From a virus (lineage: Duplodnaviria; Heunggongvirae; Uroviricota; Caudoviricetes), in IMG/VR virus record IMGVR_UViG_3300031993_000014, positions 50,987-114,986 of that record: a stretch of 64,000 bases of DNA. One strand, 5' to 3'. The translations under genes and the position numbers were made by a program. Positions 56,792 to 64,000 of the stretch are shown here, one piece after another; within the stretch, counting starts at the first letter, position 1; each line of letters opens with the position of its first letter. Under the pieces are notes generated by a model that saw only the letters and a program-made list of their open reading frames with translations, had not been told where the DNA came from and made no database searches.

Positions 56792-57454
56792 CTACCTCAA
56801 AATCTTCATATACCTAATGAGGATTTTGTATTTCTCATGTTCGGTAAAGAGGATCGGGTAGATAAAATTGTCGTCGCTAGCTTCAATAGAGACATAACAG
56901 CCCTCTCTTACATTGGGCTTTGGAACAATCTTAGAGTCAATGTAAAGCACAGGGCCGAGAGTATCTTCTTCGCCCGGTCTGTAGAGATTCCCAGTTTCGA
57001 AGTTGTACTTGAGAACATCGAACTTGTCCGGTAAGTCAAGTACAGCCCATTCAAGCTGTTCTACCAAGGCGAAAGGATTGTCTTTTCGTTTATTCCCCCA
57101 TGAGTGTTCCTTAAGAGCAACCCTTGTAGATGGGTCGTCCATAGTCGGAATCTTTGTGATAATCACCTCTCCGTTATCTCGTCTGATGTCGGTGATAACA
57201 TTCGGTTTCTTCAATTCCTTCAGAGTTGCCATCGGAACAGAGAAAAACCAGTCAGCCCCAACTTCAGGAGCAAGCAGAGAATGGTCATTGTTAGCCACAA
57301 AGATCTCTGTAATCCCACGTTCCTTGGAGAAGATGCAAGAGGCATAATCACCCTCGAAGGTGACTGTCTCAGGCTTCTCTCCGAAGGAGTTGGTGAGTTT
57401 GTAAATAGTCTCAAAGACCTTTTTGGCGGATTTTGACACAGATTGTATAGCCAT
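56792..57454 (-). CDS. hypothetical protein
   Basis: 220 aa, RBS aaggagatttATG, early motif at 57474-57486. Confidence 0.7.
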   Translation of the reverse strand: MAIQSVSKSAKKVFETIYKLTNSFGEKPETVTFEGDYASCIFSKERGITEIFVANNDHSLLAPEVGADWFFSVPMATLKELKKPNVITDIRRDNGEVIITKIPTMDDPSTRVALKEHSWGNKRKDNPFALVEQLEWAVLDLPDKFDVLKYNFETGNLYRPGEEDTLGPVLYIDSKIVPKPNVREGCYVSIEASDDNFIYPILFTEHEKYKILIRYMKILR

Positions 57455-57473
57455 AAATCTCCTTGTGTGACTA

Positions 57474-57486
57474 TTTCTTTATATAC
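57474..57486 (-). promoter_or_regulatory. early-type promoter motif GTATATAAAGAAA
   Basis: identical to 42844-42856. Confidence 0.55.
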
Positions 57487-57488
57487 TG

Positions 57489-58940
57489 CTAATCCCTTAT
57501 TACTTCTTTCGCAAGAGTTTCTACAATTATCTTGCGTCTACGGTTGAAGTTGCTCTTCGTCTTGGGGAAAGAGATATCAAAGATATCGTAGACAAAGTAC
57601 GGAGTCGGATGGTCTACTCTTCCACGGATACGACCAAGTACCTGTGTAAGCTGAATGTCGCTGGTAATTGGAACAGTGAGAATGAGATTATCGATGGCGC
57701 TATCAGTAGCACTGTCCATAGACTTCTCCGTGGATAGGATAATCTTCTTCTTGAGCTCTAAGATACGAGTCTTGGTAGAAATCATAGAAGTAAAGTTACC
57801 AATCGGAATCTCAGGATAGTCCGTAGTGAGACCATCATAGAGCCACTGAACGAGATCGAGAGTACCAACTAAGATAGCGATCTGTCCATCCGGGTTTACC
57901 TTAAGAATCTCATCAATAGCGGTTTTGATCTTTTCATAGAGCGCTAACTGTGCCTCTTCGCACTCCATGAGATACCCGCAGTATACACTCATTCTAACAC
58001 CGACAACATTGTTGAACTGCTTAGCCCAACCGCTACAGGAAGGTGTCGTGAATGGTCTCGGACAGTAGGTGATAATCTTCTTATCAGCAACATAGACGTT
58101 ACTGCGGAATGTATCCATCTCTGGTACGATATACTTGAAGATCTTGTTTTCCTTATAGTCAACACGACCGAGAGTTGCAGTAAGGTATAGTGTATACGGC
58201 ACACAAGATAGCATGTTGATATAGAACACGCTGAGGAGTTCCTTATGGGCTTCGTCAACAATGTTCATACCGATTCCAAGATCAGCGTACATGTTTCTGA
58301 TGATTTCTTCGCCGTCGGCGCGTCTTGCAAGTACTTCGAATGTACGATGAACACAGATAAAAATCTTGTACTTATCTTTGTTTTTGATAGCCTTCGGGAT
58401 ACTATCGGCACCTTGAATTACACAGATTTCGTCACGCTGAATATCAGTGAATTCTAGAATGTCTTTAATCCACGGTGTTTCAATCATCGTTACTTTGTGA
58501 ACAAAGATACACGCCTTCACGCTAAGTCTAGATGCAGCACACAAAGCGAGGAATGTCTTTCCGGATCCTGTCGGAAGGTCAAGCACACGAATTCTTGTTT
58601 TAAATCTGTTCAGGGAGTCGAACATGTAGTCCAGTGCTTCTCGCTGAAGGTCATCTTTAGGTGTGTACTTCATGTTGATGCGAACAGCCGGAGCTTTGAT
58701 AAACGCATTATCATTATCCTGATTGTCTACTTGAAGACTGTTATTGTAAACAAGAAACTTCCTTGGGATGAATCTTGGGAGAATAAGATCTCCGTTAGAT
58801 CTTTCCAAGATAGCTGTCCAGAGAATCTTGGGCCACTTACAGTAGCTATCGTAGACAGCCAAGACAGACTTTAAGAATTTCTTGGTTTTCTCCGATACGT
58901 CAGAGATAATGAGTCTGAAAGGTTCTATTGTTAGTTTCAT
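57489..58940 (-). CDS. SF2 helicase (UvsW-like)
   Basis: Q motif DDLQRE, LPTGSGKT, IVDEAH, LTATLGR, QVLGRIR. Confidence 0.88.
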   Translation of the reverse strand: MKLTIEPFRLIISDVSEKTKKFLKSVLAVYDSYCKWPKILWTAILERSNGDLILPRFIPRKFLVYNNSLQVDNQDNDNAFIKAPAVRINMKYTPKDDLQREALDYMFDSLNRFKTRIRVLDLPTGSGKTFLALCAASRLSVKACIFVHKVTMIETPWIKDILEFTDIQRDEICVIQGADSIPKAIKNKDKYKIFICVHRTFEVLARRADGEEIIRNMYADLGIGMNIVDEAHKELLSVFYINMLSCVPYTLYLTATLGRVDYKENKIFKYIVPEMDTFRSNVYVADKKIITYCPRPFTTPSCSGWAKQFNNVVGVRMSVYCGYLMECEEAQLALYEKIKTAIDEILKVNPDGQIAILVGTLDLVQWLYDGLTTDYPEIPIGNFTSMISTKTRILELKKKIILSTEKSMDSATDSAIDNLILTVPITSDIQLTQVLGRIRGRVDHPTPYFVYDIFDISFPKTKSNFNRRRKIIVETLAKEVIRD

Positions 58941-58952
58941 ATACGCTCCTTG

Positions 58953-58964
58953 CAATGTTTAGTT
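58953..58964 (-). promoter_or_regulatory. AACT-N4-AWTR phage promoter
   Basis: AACTAAACATTG. Confidence 0.6.
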
Positions 58965-59055
58965 AGGAATAAGCCTCTATGACTGTTTTTCTGTTTGTTT
59001 TTTTATTTTTAATAAAAGAGAAAAAAAAACAAATCTCCGCGAGGGAGATTTATTC

Positions 59056-59292
59056 TTAAATGGGTTTTAATAACAACATCTTATCAGCGACAGAGTTGAA
59101 GTTAGGCTTAGAGATGACTTCATCATCCATCTGCAGCTCGATGATGTCTTTATAGTATACTTGCATCGGAGTGCCATTAGTGGTCTTGAACGTAAAGTAG
59201 TCCTGCATTGCGATGAAGGAATCGGCAGCAACAGAGTAGACGTTCGGAAGAGTAGAATAGCCTTTAGTCTTTAAACGAAGTTCGCAGATCAT
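59056..59292 (-). CDS. small beta-rich hypothetical protein
   Basis: 78 aa, ATGA overlap, terminator at about 59025-59052. Confidence 0.65.
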   Translation of the reverse strand: MICELRLKTKGYSTLPNVYSVAADSFIAMQDYFTFKTTNGTPMQVYYKDIIELQMDDEVISKPNFNSVADKMLLLKPI

Positions 59293-59783
59293 CTTACCTC
59301 CAGATTCTTTAAGACTCTTTCCATCTTTTCATAATCGTATTCATCAATGTCGAGTATCTCACCATCGATAGACATTTCAAGGATCTCGTCATAACGGAAC
59401 ATGTTGCTAGCAAATCTGAAGTCACGGATGGTAAGATTCTCCGGATTAGCAGTAAACATCACAGAAGAGAATGTCTGACAGCACTCTTGACAACTACGGA
59501 AGAAACGAATGGTACAACTGTGTCCTATCTTATTCGGGATCTGTCCTTTGTAAGACGGATACGAGCATGAATCAAGGAGAGCTTCTACATTCTTCGGGAA
59601 AGGTCTATCAAGAACATTGTTATCTATCCTTAGATAAATGATATCACGAACACGAGTGGATATCTTTACTTTCCCAGAATGTTCGATCTCTAGTACGTCG
59701 CCGAACAAAATGACGTCACCTAGACCAGTGAACTCGCTCTTCACGCCGTATAAGTTGTATTTTATTTGGATAGAGTGCAGCAT
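59289..59783 (-). CDS. hypothetical protein with two repeats related to neighbouring small ORFs
   Basis: DIIYLRIDNNVL and DEILEMSIDGEIL echo KDIIELQMDDEVI of 59056-59292. Confidence 0.65.
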   Translation of the reverse strand: MLHSIQIKYNLYGVKSEFTGLGDVILFGDVLEIEHSGKVKISTRVRDIIYLRIDNNVLDRPFPKNVEALLDSCSYPSYKGQIPNKIGHSCTIRFFRSCQECCQTFSSVMFTANPENLTIRDFRFASNMFRYDEILEMSIDGEILDIDEYDYEKMERVLKNLEVR

Positions 59784-59796
59784 AATCTCTCCTTTT

Positions 59797-59833
59797 CATT
59801 AGGAAGTTACCCTATGGTGTCAACTAGTTAATG
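59797..59833. promoter_or_regulatory. back-to-back pair of AACT-N4-AWTR promoters
   Basis: AACTTCCTAATG (-, 59797-59808) and AACTAGTTAATG (+, 59822-59833). Confidence 0.65.
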
Positions 59834-59864
59834 ATGTTTGCATACTTCAAAAGGAGATCTCATT

Positions 59865-60284
59865 ATGCAGATTCAACTTACTTGGAAAGAACACGGCAAT
59901 AACTTTGCTGGTGTTTATGAATTCTCTTCTATGGAAGCACAGCATGACTTCCTCGTTCTTCGTACTAGTGCTGGTACTGTTACGGTTCCGTACAAGTGCA
60001 TGACAGGTGCCATTGTTGGTACTAATGACGCTATGACTATCTTCAATCAGGAAGCTTTTGCCGACGAGATTACTGATTTGCTGACAGAAGACAAGAAGTT
60101 CCCTGAACTTCCGTCTACTCAGATCGAAGACCTCGAACCGACATATCCGGATACGGACACTAAACCGGACAAGACTCCGGCTGAGGCACAGGAAACGAAT
60201 GGAACGCAGACTCAGGGTGGCTCTGATCCGGCACCGAGCGGTGAAGGTGGTCAAGGAGCTGGCGGTTCTGATCCGAATACCTAA
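59865..60284 (+). CDS. hypothetical protein with disordered acidic/Gly C-terminus
   Basis: start MQIQLTW after aaggag. Confidence 0.7.
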   Translation: MQIQLTWKEHGNNFAGVYEFSSMEAQHDFLVLRTSAGTVTVPYKCMTGAIVGTNDAMTIFNQEAFADEITDLLTEDKKFPELPSTQIEDLEPTYPDTDTKPDKTPAEAQETNGTQTQGGSDPAPSGEGGQGAGGSDPNT

Positions 60285-60303
60285 GGCCAAAATTCTTTTG
60301 CCA

Positions 60304-60349
60304 TTAAAGAAATATTCTCTATACCTAAGTGGTATAGAGAATATTTTTA
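60304..60349. terminator. bidirectional terminator
   Basis: aaatattctctatacc-taagt-ggtatagagaatattt. Confidence 0.8.
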
Positions 60350-61747
60350 ATACGCTTCGGTAGGAACTGTGAAGTCTGTAGTCCACTTGCAAGCCTTGCA
60401 GACTGCAAGCTGAGCCCAAAGGCCACATATTCCATTGCCTTCGCCTGATTCAAAGCTGGTTATGAGAATTTTTGACGGCATTAGTCCTATCCACTCGTCT
60501 AATGTCTTAGTAACAGAGTTTTCGTTCGTTATGGTTGTGCTTAAAGCTAGAGTAGCGTATAATTTTCCATCGACGAATACATATAGATTACTCGTATCTA
60601 CAGTTACAGCAAAATGATGCCAAGATGCGATCCAAGTTGTAAAATATGGGCCGCCTTGTGCAGAATCAGGATTTATTCCATCTGGTTCAAAACCTAATAA
60701 TTTATGGTCATCTGTATATTCATCAGTTAGATATAAGCCAATATGGGTATCATTAGGATCTTCTGAGTCAAGGAACCTTGATATCTTTAAAGCTAAATGT
60801 AGTTCATTAGGATCTTCAGGTCTATATTTAGCAGCCCCGATATAGAAAATAAAATTATGATTAAATTCATAAGGTTCACGACATGCAAAGAATGTTTCTA
60901 CAGTAAATGGGGTAGATATATTGCCAGAATCAAATGAGAACGCTAAATCAGTATGCCACCCGTAATCGCAGGTTACTGTAGCAACTGGTGTACCAGAACT
61001 AATACCATATTTGCTGCAATCTATTGGGCTTCTATTATCCACTAAGGTAGCTCCAGCAGTAGTATCGTCAAACATAGATAAATTGGAATCCCATTGGTAT
61101 AAGTCATCATACCAATCATTAGGAACGGTCGTTACCCATTGACCATTATCAGGCGTACCTATACTATGTCCACTTATAAAATTCTGAAGAAGCACATATT
61201 CAACACCTTCACTTGGCGGGTCAATGAATTTGTCTATCCGCCAACATTGTCCAACTACACACAGCTGATAGCATTCGCCCGGTAATACAGTTAATGTATT
61301 TCCAGTAACCGGACAGTGTAAAGTTTCGACACCAGCATGCTCGGTAGCATTAATCGTCCAAGTTACATTTATTTTTAGCGTTTCGATTGATGCACCTGGA
61401 TCAATATGGATGTCGATAACAAAGTTAGGGAAGTCGTGAGTGCTGCTTGTTGTTACATTAAAGGTGATATTATTACAGGAGTCAACAGTAACGTTCCTAT
61501 AAGAATTATTATCGATTTCGATTGTGGCATCGTCAGGCTTATTGTTAAACCATTTTAACGGCGTGACATACTTCCAGTCATATCCGTTTTCGGTCTTGGT
61601 CAATACTTGGCCAGCTTCTCCTCCGGTTGGAAGATCTGAACCGCCACCAACTGGTTTTCCGCCAATCTCGGTGACTTTATCTTCTTCGATAGTCAAAGTT
61701 AAGGAGTTACCATTTTCATCCTTCTTAGCTCTTTCCGCTAAAAGACT
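60347..61747 (-). CDS. tail fibre/receptor-binding protein with LamG/concanavalin-like C-terminal domain (no own start; in frame with upstream ORF)
   Basis: GGEAGQVLTKTENGYDW fibre linker, FTVETF, SWHHFAVTVD..YVFVDGKL; frame open from the TAG at 61748-61750. Confidence 0.7.
   Translation of the reverse strand, partial: SLLAERAKKDENGNSLTLTIEEDKVTEIGGKPVGGGSDLPTGGEAGQVLTKTENGYDWKYVTPLKWFNNKPDDATIEIDNNSYRNVTVDSCNNITFNVTTSSTHDFPNFVIDIHIDPGASIETLKINVTWTINATEHAGVETLHCPVTGNTLTVLPGECYQLCVVGQCWRIDKFIDPPSEGVEYVLLQNFISGHSIGTPDNGQWVTTVPNDWYDDLYQWDSNLSMFDDTTAGATLVDNRSPIDCSKYGISSGTPVATVTCDYGWHTDLAFSFDSGNISTPFTVETFFACREPYEFNHNFIFYIGAAKYRPEDPNELHLALKISRFLDSEDPNDTHIGLYLTDEYTDDHKLLGFEPDGINPDSAQGGPYFTTWIASWHHFAVTVDTSNLYVFVDGKLYATLALSTTITNENSVTKTLDEWIGLMPSKILITSFESGEGNGICGLWAQLAVCKACKWTTDFTVPTEAY
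61647..61735. repeat. 89-bp perfect direct repeat, copy 1
   Basis: identical to 61890-61978; encodes ERAKKDENGNSLTLTIEEDKVTEIGGKPVG. Confidence 0.9.
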
Positions 61748-62023
61748 CTAGCCGTTGATTCCTGAAACGAAAGTTACTGAATTAGAATCGCCGATAGCCT
61801 CATTACTAGAGTCAAGGATATCATCACCGTTAGAATCTTGGATACTACTGCTGACTGTAGTTTCAGTAATACTAACAGAAGAGCCACCGCCAACTGGTTT
61901 TCCGCCAATCTCGGTGACTTTATCTTCTTCGATAGTCAAAGTTAAGGAGTTACCATTTTCATCCTTCTTAGCTCTTTCAGCCAGCAAACCTGCGTTGCCG
62001 AAGCCATTAATAAATTCGCTCAT
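61748..62023 (-). CDS. N-terminal module of tail fibre gene, ends at a single in-frame TAG
   Basis: 91 aa, RBS taggagattttctatATG, AACT promoter at 62050-62061. Confidence 0.7.
   Translation of the reverse strand: MSEFINGFGNAGLLAERAKKDENGNSLTLTIEEDKVTEIGGKPVGGGSSVSITETTVSSSIQDSNGDDILDSSNEAIGDSNSVTFVSGING
61890..61978. repeat. 89-bp perfect direct repeat, copy 2
   Basis: identical to 61647-61735. Confidence 0.9.
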
Positions 62024-62049
62024 ATAGAAAATCTCCTATAGATATTAGA

Positions 62050-62061
62050 CAATTAGGAGTT
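62050..62061 (-). promoter_or_regulatory. AACT-N4-AWTR phage promoter
   Basis: AACTCCTAATTG. Confidence 0.6.
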
Positions 62062-62107
62062 TGTGCTATAAAAAAGTACTAACCATTACTGGTTAGCACC
62101 TTAAAAT

Positions 62108-62716
62108 TTAGTCATAATACGAATCCATAGGGATAAGAATAGCTTGCTTTCCAAAAATTCTAAAAGCAAACAAATTTTTAATGCTTGTAGTTGAAATACT
62201 ACTAGGAGGATTAGACTTTAGCTGAGCAAAATTGTTGATATAATTTTTGATGTACTCTTTGATATTGAATAAGGGTAAATCTTCCCTATCTGGCATTTCG
62301 GCATATATAGCTAAAGAATCTTGTAGTTTATATTCTCCGACTGTCTGAATCACAATATCATAGTAATCATTAGCTTCAATGGCAGGAAGTTTTACAAATA
62401 TCCCACATAGATCGTATCCTTCTGAAGAAGGAGCTGTTAATTGGCTAATGTCTATAAAGTACATAGTATTGTTTTGAACTTCTAGGTCAATATGATCGCC
62501 GTATATGTCTGCGTTCGTTAGAGTTTTATTAACGACTGTGTACTTTCCGCTTCCTCCGCTGCTTCCGCCAAATTCACTAAACGGAATATTGATATCAGTC
62601 GTAGCACCATCAGCAGTGGTCTTGCCCTGAGCTAAGATAGTAGCTGTTTCTTTAAACTTGGCTTTTTGTTCGGCTGTAAGTTCGCTAAGTTTTTTGTATG
62701 AGCTGGCTTGGGCCAT
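62108..62716 (-). CDS. tail fibre-associated protein
   Basis: 202 aa, GGSSGGSG linker, beta-rich C-terminus; RBS gagaggtttatATG; AACT promoter at 62744-62755. Confidence 0.55.
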   Translation of the reverse strand: MAQASSYKKLSELTAEQKAKFKETATILAQGKTTADGATTDINIPFSEFGGSSGGSGKYTVVNKTLTNADIYGDHIDLEVQNNTMYFIDISQLTAPSSEGYDLCGIFVKLPAIEANDYYDIVIQTVGEYKLQDSLAIYAEMPDREDLPLFNIKEYIKNYINNFAQLKSNPPSSISTTSIKNLFAFRIFGKQAILIPMDSYYD

Positions 62717-62743
62717 ATAAACCTCTCATGTTATAATGTTTAA

Positions 62744-62755
62744 CAATTTGGAGTT
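62744..62755 (-). promoter_or_regulatory. AACT-N4-AWTR phage promoter
   Basis: AACTCCAAATTG. Confidence 0.6.
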
Positions 62756-62763
62756 TAAGTATA

Positions 62764-62792
62764 AAAAGGACTAGCCTATGAAGCTAGTCCTT
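62764..62792 (-). terminator. intrinsic terminator
   Basis: aaggactagc-ttcatag-gctagtcctt plus T run. Confidence 0.8.
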
Positions 62793-62798
62793 ATAAAT

Positions 62799-64000
62799 TT
62801 AAGACACAATTGTAGTATTCATGGTAATCCAAGCATAAGTCGGTGTACCGTTAGTCATTGTACAAGTCAAGATATAACTACCATTACCTGACGGAGCTGG
62901 AGGGAGAGTCATCCGTGGCTTATCATCAGCTACAACTTGCCAAAGTGTATTTGCGCCAGTATAAGACTGTGTTACAGAAGCTGTACCTTCATGCATCACA
63001 TGCGCAATAAACTTGAAGTTCGTATGCTTTGCAGGGTCATTATCTGCTTGGCCAGTCGTACCATCATTGAAGTAAGCATACCAAGCCGTGTTATCCTTTT
63101 CAACTACGCCAATATTAGAAATGAGGTTAAAGTTGATAGGAGTAGCATAAGAAGAGTCATAGATATTGTATCCACTAATCTTGCCATGTTTAGTGATTCT
63201 ACCGATATCAAGAGTAGCATTGATTTCTCTCATCTTGTATGTCTCGTCAGAATACAGACCCTTAGTAGAGAATCTAAGCTCAGTATCGAGAATACCAGTA
63301 TTCACAGTAACGTTGCTGTTAACGAACTCGATTGCAGAATTGTCTACAAAGGTATCCGGAACTTCAATGCTAAACTGAGGATAGCATGGCTTTATTTCAG
63401 GAGACGAGATAAATGAAGGTTCATCATATACATTTCCGAGTACAGACGAACTGATAGCGCTCCTACGTTTATACCCATAGTCTACTGAGAATAGGTGTGT
63501 TTCAACAATTATCTCTGAAGACGCAATAAAGCTACAATGGAAGAACGGGAGTCTATCAGCCGGGTTAGTGCCATTACCAATAGTCAGAGTATCTGCTATG
63601 ATAGATAATCCGTTAGGGCCAATCGGATCAGACAAAGCAGCAGCACCTGAATCGTATGTCTTAAGGTATACTCTCGGTGCATTAGCATTAATACCTACGC
63701 AACCATAGAAACCACGCTGTGCGTTAAGTGTAAAATCAGCTTGATTTGTTGCATTAAGTCTTATGCTAGCTCCTGTCATTTTGAACTTAGAAAGATCAGC
63801 AATAATTTCGTCAGAATTAATTTCAATAGCAAATCGTTCAGTCGTAGTTGACGTAGATATATACGGAGATTTTGCTGCATCAGTATTGAACTGAACAAAG
63901 TATTTTGATTCCAAGACAATATCACAGGCAGCAAACCTACTGTTTTCATAGTACAAATATCCTTCAGTTTTCAGTCTGAAGGTGTTTGCACAAACACCGT
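62799..64000 (-). CDS. tail fibre/adhesin-like protein, 5' end outside the window
   Basis: frame open to the window edge; C-terminal LPPAPSGNGSYILTCTMTNGTPTYAW fibre motif. Confidence 0.6.
   Translation of the reverse strand, partial: GVCANTFRLKTEGYLYYENSRFAACDIVLESKYFVQFNTDAAKSPYISTSTTTERFAIEINSDEIIADLSKFKMTGASIRLNATNQADFTLNAQRGFYGCVGINANAPRVYLKTYDSGAAALSDPIGPNGLSIIADTLTIGNGTNPADRLPFFHCSFIASSEIIVETHLFSVDYGYKRRSAISSSVLGNVYDEPSFISSPEIKPCYPQFSIEVPDTFVDNSAIEFVNSNVTVNTGILDTELRFSTKGLYSDETYKMREINATLDIGRITKHGKISGYNIYDSSYATPINFNLISNIGVVEKDNTAWYAYFNDGTTGQADNDPAKHTNFKFIAHVMHEGTASVTQSYTGANTLWQVVADDKPRMTLPPAPSGNGSYILTCTMTNGTPTYAWITMNTTIVS

Noticed and set aside
58975-59050. T-tract/A-tract stretch as a replication origin
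   Set aside because: Explained by a terminator tail and AT-rich promoter-upstream DNA; no iterons seen
61647-61978. 89-bp repeat as a diversity-generating retroelement TR/VR pair
   Set aside because: The copies are identical (no adenine-specific mismatches), lie at the N-terminus, and no reverse transcriptase is in the window
1-64000. Genome-wide stop-codon reassignment (TAG as a sense codon)
   Set aside because: Core genes are intact under code 11 and several end in TAG followed by a new RBS or terminator (253, 3668, 11208, 16900, 55769); only 61748 looks internal
1-64000. tRNA, rRNA, group I introns or inteins (AR9 RNAP genes carry introns)
   Set aside because: No cloverleaf or T-loop signature in the intergenic gaps; RNAP, polymerase and helicase ORFs are continuous with no intein-like C...HN blocks recognised by eye

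Overview
64 kb of a large lytic (jumbo) phage genome. It looks like the Bacillus phage AR9/PBS1 and phiKZ-type lineage; this rests on motif recognition and recalled sequences, not a database search. It encodes split multisubunit RNA polymerase subunits (two separate catalytic beta'-N subunits, one beta'-C, one beta-C), a phiKZ-type family B DNA polymerase, DnaB-like and SF2 helicases, RecA, SbcCD (Mre11/Rad50), ATP-dependent ligase, SSB, guanylate kinase and translation factor IF-1. It also encodes a MoxR/VWA pair, a prohead protease, neck, tail tube and tail fibre proteins, two free-standing homing endonucleases, and an early accessory region (about 11.3-25 kb) with a PnuC/NDT/kinase/CYTH cluster, an ABC ATPase and a radical SAM protein. 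Reading the intergenic DNA gives two phage promoter classes: an AACT-N4-A-W-T-R motif (20 exact copies found by eye, analogous to the AR9 late promoter) and a TATAT(A/T)AAG-like early motif that usually follows a terminator. The most striking unexplained element is a stand-alone small RNA candidate of about 105 nt (minus strand, 1601-1709) with its own promoter and terminator, carrying an exposed anti-Shine-Dalgarno tract complementary to phage ribosome-binding sites. A tail gene is interrupted by a single in-frame TAG inside a duplicated module. No tRNA, rRNA, CRISPR array, intron or intein was recognised.
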